In this document: positions 12,646 through 25,198 of the stretch, one piece after another
Layout: every line of letters starts with the position of its first letter
Position numbering within the stretch: the stretch's first letter is position 1
Assembly (NCBI GenBank): GCA_964628235.1
Contig: CAZVLU010000013.1
Location: forward strand, 12,417 to 76,416
Length of the DNA: 64,000 bases
Source of the DNA: an uncultured Rhizobium sp.
GTDB taxonomy: Bacteria; Pseudomonadota; Alphaproteobacteria; SMXQ01
Direction of reading: 5' to 3'
Position numbers and translations under genes: made by a program
Notes under the pieces: generated by a model
What the model saw: the letters and a program-made list of their open reading frames with translations, nothing else
The model's database searches: none
Told to the model about the DNA's origin: nothing

Positions 12646-14388
12646 ATGGCGATCAACCTTACCGCGCCCCACCAAGAACCCGATCTGAAGCCCCGCATCA
12701 CCGTCGTCGGTGTCGGCGGCGCCGGCTGCAACGCCGTCAACAACATGATAAAGTGCCAGCTCGAAGGCGTCGAATTCGTCGTCGCCAACAGCGACGCGCA
12801 GGCCCTCGCGCAATCGCCGTCCGAGCGCAAGATCCAGCTCGGCCGCAACATCACGCAAGGCCTCGGCGCCGGCGCGCGTCCCGACGTCGGCCGCGCCTCC
12901 GCTGAAGAAGCCTTGGAAGAGATCCTCGGCCACCTGCATGCCTCGAACATGGTGTTCATCACCGCCGGCATGGGCGGCGGCACCGGCACCGGCGCCGCGC
13001 CCGTGATCGCCCGCGCCGCCCGCGAGCAGGGCATCCTGACCGTCGGCGTGGTGACCAAGCCCTTCCAGTTCGAAGGCATCCACCGCATGCGCACGGCGGA
13101 AGCCGGCATCGAAGAGCTGCAGCAGTTCGTCGATACGCTGATCGTCATCCCGAACCAGAACCTGTTCCGCATCGCCAACGAGAAGACGACCTTCGCGGAA
13201 GCCTTCAAGCTGGCCGACAATGTCCTGCACTCCGGCGTGCGCGGCGTCACCGACCTGATGGTCATGCCCGGCCTCATCAACCTCGACTTCGCCGACGTGC
13301 GCCAGGTCATGAGCGAGATGGGCAAGGCGATGATGGGGACCGGCGAAGGCACCGGCGACAAACGCGCGCTCGACGCCGCCCAGGCCGCGATCTCCAACCC
13401 GCTGCTCGACGACGTCTCGATGAAGGGCGCGCGCGGCGTGCTCATCAACATCACCGGCGGCGCCGACATGACTCTGTACGAAGTCGACGAAGCGGCGAAC
13501 CGCATCCGCGAGGAAGTCGATCCCGAAGCCAACATCATCTTCGGCTCGACCTTCGACGAGGCCCTGGAAGGCCGCATGCGCATCTCCGTCATCGCCACCG
13601 GCATCGACGCTGAAGCCATGGCTGAGCCCAAGCCGACGGTCATCAACCTCGTCGACCGCCGCCCGACGCGTCCGACCATGGCGCCGCTGGCGGCGCACAG
13701 CCCGAGCATGGCCAGCCCGACCATGACCATGCCGAGCTTCGCCGCCCCGACGATGGCCGTCCCCACCATGTCGGCGCCGACGACGCAGCCGAGCATGGCG
13801 CCGGTCATGACCGCCACGGCGACCCAGATGGAGCCGATGTTCGCCGCGCCGGCTGCGTCGCCGGTCGAAGCTGCACCCGCCCCGCTGGCCAGCGACGGTC
13901 GCAAGGCGTTCATCCCGGGCATGCCGGTCGAGCCGACCGCCACCGCCCGCGCCGCCCAAGCGACCGCCCCGACCGCCCGGCCCTTTGCCGAAGCGGCCAT
14001 GGTCAATGCCGGCCTCAAGCCGAAGGCCAAGCCGAGCCTGTTCGAACGCGTGACCGGCACCGGCCGCGCCCGCGACATGGCCCAGGAGACCGCGCGTCCG
14101 GCCGAGCCGCCGGCCTTCCGCGCTCCCGTCCAGCAGCCGATGATGGCCGCCCCGCAACCGGCGATTGAGCCGGTGCAGGTCGCCATGCAGGCCCTGGCGG
14201 CGGCGCAAGCCGCTCCGGTCGCCCCGGCGCCCCAGCCCGCGCCGCAGCCGGCGCCCCAAGCGTCCATGGCCGCCCAGACCTCGCTCGGTCTTGGCCTCGG
14301 CGTCGACCTGGCGGACAAGCCGAAGGCGGCGAGCATGGACGACGACCTGCTCGACATCCCGGCATTTCTGCGCCGCCAGGCCAACTAG
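12646..14388 (+). CDS. ftsZ: cell division GTPase FtsZ with a long disordered C-terminal linker
   Basis: GGAGG RBS 8 nt upstream. Motifs [13 protein letters not shown] and tubulin signature [11 protein letters not shown]. Conserved C-terminal peptide [15 protein letters not shown]. Confidence 0.95.
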   Translation: MAINLTAPHQEPDLKPRITVVGVGGAGCNAVNNMIKCQLEGVEFVVANSDAQALAQSPSERKIQLGRNITQGLGAGARPDVGRASAEEALEEILGHLHASNMVFITAGMGGGTGTGAAPVIARAAREQGILTVGVVTKPFQFEGIHRMRTAEAGIEELQQFVDTLIVIPNQNLFRIANEKTTFAEAFKLADNVLHSGVRGVTDLMVMPGLINLDFADVRQVMSEMGKAMMGTGEGTGDKRALDAAQAAISNPLLDDVSMKGARGVLINITGGADMTLYEVDEAANRIREEVDPEANIIFGSTFDEALEGRMRISVIATGIDAEAMAEPKPTVINLVDRRPTRPTMAPLAAHSPSMASPTMTMPSFAAPTMAVPTMSAPTTQPSMAPVMTATATQMEPMFAAPAASPVEAAPAPLASDGRKAFIPGMPVEPTATARAAQATAPTARPFAEAAMVNAGLKPKAKPSLFERVTGTGRARDMAQETARPAEPPAFRAPVQQPMMAAPQPAIEPVQVAMQALAAAQAAPVAPAPQPAPQPAPQASMAAQTSLGLGLGVDLADKPKAASMDDDLLDIPAFLRRQAN

Positions 14389-14476
14389 CCTCGTCACGGG
14401 CGGTTCCGATGGTCGCCGCAACGTCGCGGAAAACCAAGGAATCGCCCGTAACATTCTGTAACAAACAGTGATTTTA

Positions 14477-14520
14477 CGCTCTGGGGGACGCTCTTTATGT
14501 TCCCCAGAGCGAATTTTTTA
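14477..14520 (+). terminator. putative intrinsic terminator downstream of ftsZ
   Basis: 10-bp stem cgctctgggg / ccccagagcg with a ~15-nt loop, followed by aatttttta. Confidence 0.55.
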
Positions 14521-14556
14521 TGACTGCCGTTTGTGACTGAGTCGTTAGGAAGATAG

Positions 14557-15519
14557 ATGGGACAGATCGTCCGCCAGAAGACCCTGAAGAACGCGATCGG
14601 TTGCGCCGGCATCGGCCTGCATACCGGCGCCAAGGTCTCCATGACGCTGCTGCCCGCCGACGCCAACAGCGGCATCGTCTTCAAGCGCACCGACATTCAC
14701 GGCGCGCAGACGACGATCCCTGCCGACTGGCGCAACGTCACCGACTCGCAGCTTTGCACCGCCATCACCAAGAACGGCGCGACGATCTGCACCATCGAAC
14801 ATCTCATGGCGGCGCTCTCGGCTGCCGGCATCGACAATGTCGTCATCGAATTGAACGGCCCTGAAGTGCCGATCATGGACGGCAGCGCCGCACCCTTCGT
14901 GTTCCTCATCGAATGCGCCGGCATCGTCGAGCAACCGGCAGCGCGCCGCGCCGTCGTCGTGAAGAAGCCCGTCGCCGTCACGGTCGGCGACAAGCGCGCC
15001 GCCATCGAGCCGGGCGCCGGCTTCTCGATCGGCTTCGACATCGACTTCGCCAGCGCCGCCGTGCGCAAACAGACCTTCGCCTTCGACCTGGTCGACGGCT
15101 CGTTCAAGAGCGAGATCGCCCGCGCCCGCACCTTCGGCTTCGCTCACGAAGTCAGCGCCCTGCAGGCCCAAGGTCTGCTCAAGGGCGGCTCGCTGGAGAA
15201 CGCGGTGGTGGTCAGCGGCGACAAGGTGCTCAATGAGAGCGGCCTGCGCTACAGCGACGAATTCGTGCGCCACAAGGTGCTCGACTCGGTCGGCGACCTC
15301 TATCTCGCCGGCATGCCGCTGATCGGCCATTTCCACGGCTCGCGCTCGGGCCACCGCATGAACCATCAGCTTCTGCAGGCCCTGTTCGCCGATGCCAGCG
15401 CCCACGAGATCGTCGATCTCGACGCCGATTTGCTGCGCGACGACGAGGCCGCCCTCAATACGGCGCCGCTGATCGCCGGCGCGGCCCCCAACAAATTCGT
15501 CGCGACGCCGATCCGCTAA
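14557..15519 (+). CDS. lpxC: UDP-3-O-acyl-N-acetylglucosamine deacetylase
   Basis: 320 aa. Motifs GIGLHTGAKVSMTL, TIEHLMAALSAAGIDN, HFHGSRSGHRMNHQLL. Confidence 0.95.
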   Translation: MGQIVRQKTLKNAIGCAGIGLHTGAKVSMTLLPADANSGIVFKRTDIHGAQTTIPADWRNVTDSQLCTAITKNGATICTIEHLMAALSAAGIDNVVIELNGPEVPIMDGSAAPFVFLIECAGIVEQPAARRAVVVKKPVAVTVGDKRAAIEPGAGFSIGFDIDFASAAVRKQTFAFDLVDGSFKSEIARARTFGFAHEVSALQAQGLLKGGSLENAVVVSGDKVLNESGLRYSDEFVRHKVLDSVGDLYLAGMPLIGHFHGSRSGHRMNHQLLQALFADASAHEIVDLDADLLRDDEAALNTAPLIAGAAPNKFVATPIR

Positions 15520-15536
15520 AAGCTGCGCGCTAAATC

Positions 15537-15572
15537 AAAAGGCCGGCGGAGACATCCGCCGGCCTTTTTCTT
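15537..15572. terminator. bidirectional intrinsic terminator between convergent lpxC and the cupin gene
   Basis: aaaa-ggccggcgga-gaca-tccgccggcc-tttttcttt: perfect 10-bp GC stem flanked by an A-run and a T-run. Confidence 0.8.
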
Positions 15573-15583
15573 TGCCTGAAGCG

Positions 15584-16093
15584 CTAGGCCCGCTTACGCG
15601 CCTTGGCTTTTACCGGCGTTTTCTTCTTCGCCGGCGCCTTCGCCTTGCGCGCGCCCCGCTTGCGTTCAATGGCCGTCTTGCGCGCCTCGATCACATGCTT
15701 GTTCTCGAGCGCCCATAGGTTGCGGCCGACCGTCTCGCCGGCCTTGCCGAAGCGCGGCAGCTTGTCGGTCTCGCCGCGCGTGCCGAGCAGCACCAAGTAT
15801 TCGTCGCCGGTGTTGTGCAACTGGTAGAAGTCGCCTTTCGGGATCATCACGATCATGCCCGGCGTCAGCTTGCGGCTATAGCGCTTGCCGCTCGCCTCCT
15901 TGAGCGTGAAGGTGCATTCGCCCTGCAGGCAGTAGAAGGTCTCGTCGGCCGTGTGCGTGTGCATCGGCCCTTTGGTGCCCGGCTCATCGGCATGGACCCA
16001 AACATGGAAGTCCGGGGTGCGGATGAGCACGCGCTTGCTGTGGCCGAGCTTAAGCTTCTTCTGGCCGACGACGTCGGCGAACTGAACGGTCAT
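15584..16093 (-). CDS. cupin-domain protein with a Lys/Ala/Pro-rich basic C-terminal tail
   Basis: 169 aa. Cupin motif 1 is GPMHTHTADETFYCLQG and motif 2 is IPKGDFYQLHNTG. The last ~30 aa read RKRGARKAKAPAKKKTPVKAKARKRA. Confidence 0.75.
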   Translation of the reverse strand: MTVQFADVVGQKKLKLGHSKRVLIRTPDFHVWVHADEPGTKGPMHTHTADETFYCLQGECTFTLKEASGKRYSRKLTPGMIVMIPKGDFYQLHNTGDEYLVLLGTRGETDKLPRFGKAGETVGRNLWALENKHVIEARKTAIERKRGARKAKAPAKKKTPVKAKARKRA

Positions 16094-16129
16094 CTCTGCA
16101 TATCTCCCGATGCGGCTATTCGCCCAAAC

Positions 16130-17422
16130 TCACTCACAGGCGATCTTCGCCGCAGTGCCCTTGTTGCCGTAATAGGTGATCTCGCAGGTCATGCCCTCTT
16201 TCAACGCGCTGGCTTCCATCTTTTGGCCGGCACGCATGATTTGCGTCGAGCCGCCGCTGACCGCCGCTTCCGTCTTGTTGCCCTTGTCCATGAAGGAGAC
16301 CAGACGGCCCTCGCGGGCGATACCGGTCAGTTTGGTATTCACGACATTGGCCTCTGCCATATCTTCGCGCAGGGTCGGTTGCGACAACTCGAGCAGACGC
16401 GCGATCATCTGCGGCGGAGCCGCATAAGCTTTCTCCATCAAGCCCTGCAGACGCTCGCCCGGCACATAGGTGATGTCGAGTTGCTGCTTGGCCGCCTCAT
16501 CCTTCAGCAACGGGTCTTCCAGCGTCTCCTTGAACGCCTTGCGCAACGTGGCAAGGCGAGCCGGCGCCATGTCGGGCGGAGCGGCGAAGGAATAGCCGAT
16601 GTCGCTATGCATGAAGTTCAATTCGAGCAGACGACGCTCTTCGTCGTTGCGCGCCATGTCGAGCACGGAGGGCACGTTGGGCATCTCGGGATGCTTCTCG
16701 ACGCCCATCTGGTAGAGCACGCGAATCTTGCCGTCAGCGAGCTGCTGGGCGTTGCGGCTTTTGAGGCCTGAGTAGGCGAGATTGGCGCGCCCCTCGATCT
16801 CGCCGCGCTCCATGGCGAGATCGACATCGTTGCCGCCCGGATAGCCCATGATGACGCGGTAGCGGAAACCCAGCAGGTTCTTCATCACGTAGGCTTCTTT
16901 GGTGCTGCCGCTGGCGGCGCCCACCGCGCCGACGATCAATTCGTGATTGTAGAGGTCCTTCCACGTCTTGACCGGCGAGGTGTGCCAAGCGACGGCGACG
17001 CTGACGATGGTGTCGGAACTGCCGATCCAGGAGAACTTCCGCGGATCGAACTGCGCCTTCGAATTGGCGCCGGCGAACAAGGGCTCGAGATAGATCGTGC
17101 GATTGACGATGCCGAAGAAGGTGCCGTCCTTCGGGCTCTGCGCCCACAGCATGTTGGCGAGCGCCATGCCGCCGGCGCCCGGAAAATTCTTCGGCACCAG
17201 GCTGGGATTGCCCGGCAGATGCTTGCCCATATGGCGGTTGATCAAGCGGCCCCATTGATCGTGCGAACCGCCGGTGCCTGAGCCGATGGCGACCGTGACG
17301 GTCTTGCCGCGAAAGGCCTCTGGCCCCTCCTGCGCCGCCGCAGGCGTGGCGACGCTGGCAGCGATGAGGCAGGCCGTCAGGCAGGATGCGGGCGTGATGG
17401 CCCAAGTGGTCTGGCCGGTCAT
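16130..17422 (-). CDS. Bug/TctC-family periplasmic solute-binding protein with a ~80-aa C-terminal extension
   Basis: 430 aa with a signal peptide ending AAAQ. Family core FRGKTVTVAIGSGTGGSHD...GKHLPGNPSLVPKNFPGAGG. Paralogous to the ORFs at 34062 and 38054. The extra C-terminal segment ends ...EGMTCEITYYGNKGTAAKIACE. Confidence 0.8.
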   Translation of the reverse strand: MTGQTTWAITPASCLTACLIAASVATPAAAQEGPEAFRGKTVTVAIGSGTGGSHDQWGRLINRHMGKHLPGNPSLVPKNFPGAGGMALANMLWAQSPKDGTFFGIVNRTIYLEPLFAGANSKAQFDPRKFSWIGSSDTIVSVAVAWHTSPVKTWKDLYNHELIVGAVGAASGSTKEAYVMKNLLGFRYRVIMGYPGGNDVDLAMERGEIEGRANLAYSGLKSRNAQQLADGKIRVLYQMGVEKHPEMPNVPSVLDMARNDEERRLLELNFMHSDIGYSFAAPPDMAPARLATLRKAFKETLEDPLLKDEAAKQQLDITYVPGERLQGLMEKAYAAPPQMIARLLELSQPTLREDMAEANVVNTKLTGIAREGRLVSFMDKGNKTEAAVSGGSTQIMRAGQKMEASALKEGMTCEITYYGNKGTAAKIACE

Positions 17423-17596
17423 GAATCTCTCCCTAGAGTGTTTTGTTTTTCTTGTTTTCGTTCGGCTTGTGCCGTTATGCCTGAAGCCTATGGCCCGCTT
17501 CGGCTGGGCGCAAGCCGCGTGGCAGCATCATGGGCCAAAGGGGTGGCGCAAAAAGCGACACTTCTGACAAATAGAAGACCTAAGGGAGGATTGCGT

Positions 17597-18013
17597 ATGG
17601 CCGCTTCGTCTTTGGCCGATTTGGAAAAAATGAGCATCAAGGCGCTCGACGAACTGTATGAGGACCTCTGGGCCGCTCTCGGTCCCCAAGTCTATAAAGG
17701 CGCTGCCGCCAAACGGCGCGCCACGGCGGCGCTGCTGCGCAAGGCGAACGCGGTGCGCGTGCGCACCATCATAGACCCGCTCGATCAGAAGGGCGGCAAG
17801 GGCGGCGCCGAAGCCAGCAAGCGCTATGCGCTCTATGAGGACGGCCAAACGGTCGCCGACTTCCTCCTCAAGCATGGCGACGGTCCCCATCTGCGCCTCG
17901 ATGTGCAGCGCGGCAATATTCGCTTGGCGGCCGGCAAAGCCAAAGGCGTGCCTGCCAAGCGGGCCAAGCCTGCGGCCCGCAAGAGCGCCAAAAAGCCGGT
18001 GCGCGGGCGCTAA
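17597..18013 (+). CDS. hypothetical protein with a Lys/Ala/Pro-rich basic C-terminal tail
   Basis: Internal ATG of ORF 17438..18013 preceded by RBS aagggagga. 138 aa, with no family I can name. Tail reads GKAKGVPAKRAKPAARKSAKKPVRGR. Confidence 0.55.
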   Translation: MAASSLADLEKMSIKALDELYEDLWAALGPQVYKGAAAKRRATAALLRKANAVRVRTIIDPLDQKGGKGGAEASKRYALYEDGQTVADFLLKHGDGPHLRLDVQRGNIRLAAGKAKGVPAKRAKPAARKSAKKPVRGR

Positions 18014-18151
18014 GGAGAATATTTCCCTTATCCGACAGGCGGTTATAAAGCAGCCAGCCTTGCCCGCCGCTTGTCGCCGACACAGCGGAATGTGATATAG
18101 TCGCTGCACCCGGTCGCGCCGCCGGAACCCCTTTATTCGGTTTGTTTCGCC

Positions 18152-18970
18152 ATGCCCGTTTTGCGCCGCTTCTCTGCCCCCCTCGCCGCCGTCATCCTGG
18201 CCTTCGGCTTGGCCGCCTGCGGCTCCTCCGAACCGCCCGTCATGCCCGACCGCCCCGCCGAGGTCATGTTCAACGAGGCCATGAGCCTGATGGATGCCGG
18301 CGCGCCGGCCGACGCCGTCAAACTGTTCGATGAAGTCGACCGCCAGCATCCCTATTCGGTCTGGGCGACCAAGGCGCAGCTTCTCAACGCCTATGCCTAT
18401 TACGAGATGAACCGCTACGACGAGGCGATCGCCGCGCTCGACCGCTTCATCGCGCTGCATCCCGGCAGCAAGGACATCGCCTACGCCTACTACCTCAAGG
18501 CGCTGAGCTACTATGAACGCATCCCCGACGTCACGCGCGACCAGTCGCTCACCAACCGCGCGCTGAACGCGCTGCAAGAGGTCGTGCGCCGCTTCCCCGA
18601 CAGCAAATACGCCCGCGATGCACGCCTGAAGATCGACCTCGCCTACGACAATCTCGCCGGCAAGGAAATGGAAGTCGGGCGCTATTACCAGAAGCGCAAC
18701 CAACCGCAGGCCGCCATCACGCGCTATCGCCGCGTCATCGAACTTTATCAGACCACCTCGCACGTGCCCGAAGCGCTGCACCGGCTGACCGAATGCTATC
18801 TCGATGTCGGCCTGACCCAAGAAGCGCAAGCGACCGCCGCCGTGCTCGGCCACAACTTCCCGGGCAGCGAGTGGTACCAGGACTCCTACGGCCTGATGAC
18901 CGGCGCGCAGCTTGAGCCCAGCGCCAATACAAGCTCGTGGATCGGCCGCGCCTGGAGCTCGATATTCTGA
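18152..18970 (+). CDS. bamD: outer membrane protein assembly factor BamD (lipoprotein, TPR-like)
   Basis: 272 aa with a lipobox (FGLAAC). TPR-like repeats typical of BamD/ComL/YfiO. Lies between lpxC and recN, as in other Rhizobiales. Confidence 0.85.
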   Translation: MPVLRRFSAPLAAVILAFGLAACGSSEPPVMPDRPAEVMFNEAMSLMDAGAPADAVKLFDEVDRQHPYSVWATKAQLLNAYAYYEMNRYDEAIAALDRFIALHPGSKDIAYAYYLKALSYYERIPDVTRDQSLTNRALNALQEVVRRFPDSKYARDARLKIDLAYDNLAGKEMEVGRYYQKRNQPQAAITRYRRVIELYQTTSHVPEALHRLTECYLDVGLTQEAQATAAVLGHNFPGSEWYQDSYGLMTGAQLEPSANTSSWIGRAWSSIF

Positions 18971-18992
18971 TGATCGGCCTGCACACCAGGCC

Positions 18993-22807
<3,815 letters not shown>

Positions 22808-24892
22808 TCAGCGGATCGGCGCCGTCGCCGTCTTGAGCCAAGCCAGCGTCTCGGCATCGACCAGCGGCGTCAGCGTTTCGCGCACGCCGGCGTGGTAGCC
22901 GTCGAGCCAGGCGGCCTCGTCATCAGTCAACATCGCGGCATCGACGAGGGCGCGCTCGATGGGCGCGAGCGTGAGCGTCTCGAACTCCAGCATCGGCAGA
23001 CCGTCGGGACCGGACGCCGCGTCTTTCACCGCCACCAAGTTCTCGATGCGGATGCCGAACGCGCCGGCCTTGTAGTAGCCGGGCTCGTTGGACACCACCA
23101 TGCCGGGCTCCAGCGCCACGCGGTTGGGCAGCTTCGAGATGCGCTGCGGCCCCTCATGCACGCTGAGATAATGGCCGACGCCGTGGCCGGTGCCGTGATC
23201 GTAATCCATGCCGGCCTGCCACAGCGGCAACCGCGCCAGCGCGTCGAGCTGGCTGCCGCTGGTGCCGACCGGGAAGCGCACGGTGGCCAACGCGATGTGG
23301 CCCTTCAGAACGCGCGTGAAGGCGGCGCGCTGCTCGTCGCTCGGGCCTTTGCCGCCGCCCCCATTCGCGTCACCCACGAACAGCGTGCGCGTGACATCGG
23401 TGGTGCCGTCGAGATATTGCGCGCCGGAATCGAGCAGGAACATCTGCCCCGGCGCGATGCCCTGATCGGTCGCCGGGCTGGCATGGTAATGCACGATGGC
23501 GCCGTTGCCGCCGGCGCCGGCGATGGTCGGAAAGCTGAGGCCGCGGAAATGCTCGCCGCCTGAACGGAATTCTTCCAGCTTGGCGGCAGCGGCGATCTCG
23601 GTCAGCGCGCCATTCGGCGCTGTGGCGGCAAACCAGGCGAGAAAGCGCGTGAGCGCCGCGCCGTCGCGGACATGCGCGGCGCGGATGCCGGCCAATTCCG
23701 TCTCGCTCTTTTTCGCCTTGGGCGCTTGGGAGGGATCGGCGGCTTTGACCAGCTTGGCGCCCGCCGCCTCGAGGCGGTCGAACAGCCACGCCGGCGCCGA
23801 GGCCGGATCGGCCTGCACGCGCTTGCCCGTCAAAGCCGCAAGCGCCGGGGCGAACGCATCACGCGGCGCCAGACGCACTTCGTTGCCGAGATGGGCGGCG
23901 AGCCGGGGCGACGCCTTGCGCGGGTCCATGAACAGATCGAGCCGGCGGTCGGCATGGAGGATCGCAAAGCCGAGCGGCAGCGGCGCATAGGCGACATCGC
24001 CGCCCCGGATGTTGAGCAGCCAAGCGAGGCTGTCGGGCAAAGTGATGACGACGGCATCGACAGCGGCGGCGGCAAGACGGCCCGCCAGTTCGCCGCGCTT
24101 ATCGGCGGATGATCTTCCGGCGAAGGCGAGATCGAACGGCACGACCGGGGCGATCGGCATCGGGGGCTGGCGCGTCCAGGCGGCGTCGACCGGATTGGCA
24201 TCGAGCGCCTTGAGCTTGGCGCCGGCTTTCTCGCAGGCCGCGCGCAGCCGCGCGACATCCTCGATGGTATGCAGCCAGGGATCGAAGCCGAGCGTCTGGC
24301 CGGCTTTCATATTGGCGGCGAGCCATTCGCCCGGCGGGCGCTGGGTGAGATGATGGCTGACGAAAGCCGCCGGATCGACCTCCGCCTTGGCCTGCAACGT
24401 GTAACGCCCGTCGACGAAAATCGCGGCGATCTCGGGCAGCACCGCGGCGAGGCCCGCCGAGCCGGTGAAGCCGGTGAGCCAGGCGAGTCGGCGGGCATAA
24501 AGCGGGACATATTCGCCCTGATGCTCGTCGGCGCGCGGCACGATGAAACCGTCGACGCCCATCGCCGCCAATTGCCGGCGCACCGCCGCCAGGCGCTCGA
24601 TCACGGGCAAGGGCTCGTCGGCGAGTCCGTCGCCTTGCGTCGCCGCCATTTCGCCGCGCAGGGCCTGCAATTGCGCCGCCAGAGCCGGACTGGGGTTCTC
24701 GGCGACCAAACCCAGCCAAGCGGCGCGATCCACGTCCTCCGGGGCCGCCAATAGCCCAGCGATCAGGCTGCGCGCGGCGTCCGCCGTCGGTTGCGCGAGG
24801 CGCAAGCCTGCCGCCTTGATGAGGAGACCGCCGAGGGCGGCATCGCCTTGATAAGTCTCGCGGCAGGGGGCGGCAGCCGAAACAACGCTCAC
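22808..24892 (-). CDS. Xaa-Pro aminopeptidase (aminopeptidase P, M24B family)
   Basis: Creatinase-like N-terminal domains plus an M24 core: LLDSGAQYLDGTTDVTRT, HGTGHGVGHYLSVHEGPQ, VSNEPGYY. GTG 24892 chosen as start: AGGAG lies 10 nt upstream and coding-like GC3 extends up to it. An ATG at 24649 is an alternative (613 aa). Confidence 0.8.
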   Translation of the reverse strand: MSVVSAAAPCRETYQGDAALGGLLIKAAGLRLAQPTADAARSLIAGLLAAPEDVDRAAWLGLVAENPSPALAAQLQALRGEMAATQGDGLADEPLPVIERLAAVRRQLAAMGVDGFIVPRADEHQGEYVPLYARRLAWLTGFTGSAGLAAVLPEIAAIFVDGRYTLQAKAEVDPAAFVSHHLTQRPPGEWLAANMKAGQTLGFDPWLHTIEDVARLRAACEKAGAKLKALDANPVDAAWTRQPPMPIAPVVPFDLAFAGRSSADKRGELAGRLAAAAVDAVVITLPDSLAWLLNIRGGDVAYAPLPLGFAILHADRRLDLFMDPRKASPRLAAHLGNEVRLAPRDAFAPALAALTGKRVQADPASAPAWLFDRLEAAGAKLVKAADPSQAPKAKKSETELAGIRAAHVRDGAALTRFLAWFAATAPNGALTEIAAAAKLEEFRSGGEHFRGLSFPTIAGAGGNGAIVHYHASPATDQGIAPGQMFLLDSGAQYLDGTTDVTRTLFVGDANGGGGKGPSDEQRAAFTRVLKGHIALATVRFPVGTSGSQLDALARLPLWQAGMDYDHGTGHGVGHYLSVHEGPQRISKLPNRVALEPGMVVSNEPGYYKAGAFGIRIENLVAVKDAASGPDGLPMLEFETLTLAPIERALVDAAMLTDDEAAWLDGYHAGVRETLTPLVDAETLAWLKTATAPIR

Positions 24893-25077
24893 GAGGGTCA
24901 AACTCCTGACAAAACGGCCATTTTCGGCCCAAAACTTGAATTTTAACGTAAGCGCGCCTGCCCCCTCGCGCAAGCCGCCGGCCCATAAACAGGCGAGCGG
25001 TTGCCCGCATGGCTCGCGCCGCCAATCATGAAGGATTTATGACCGACCTATAAAAAACCTAGGAAAACTGCGGCTTA

Positions 25078-25106
25078 CAGCCATGCGCTCAACGCGTGGC
25101 TGTTTT
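25078..25106 (+). terminator. orphan intrinsic-terminator-like hairpin upstream of the DUF1127 gene
   Basis: 10-bp stem cagccatgcg / cgcgtggctg (one G-U pair), 5-nt loop, then tttt. No + strand gene lies upstream of it. Confidence 0.45.
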
Positions 25107-25198
25107 GCGAAACGGTCGCTCCTCGGGGATCGGGGATAGGTCTACATACCTCCTTGTCGAAACGAAGAAATGCAGACCACCCCCGAAGGAGACCTAAG

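Noticed and set aside
14448-14462. GTAAC-N5-GTAAC direct repeat upstream of lpxC, considered as a CtrA box. TAAT-N7-TAAC near 61815 upstream of the M23 gene was considered too.
   Set aside because: Half-site sequence and spacing do not fit TTAA-N7-TTAA. With single occurrences I cannot distinguish them from chance.
24893-24973. An ATG at 24973 as the start of aminopeptidase P (721 aa).
   Set aside because: The first 27 codons fall in AT-rich, non-coding-like sequence (MREGAGALTLKFKFWAENGRF...). GTG 24892 or ATG 24649 are better supported.
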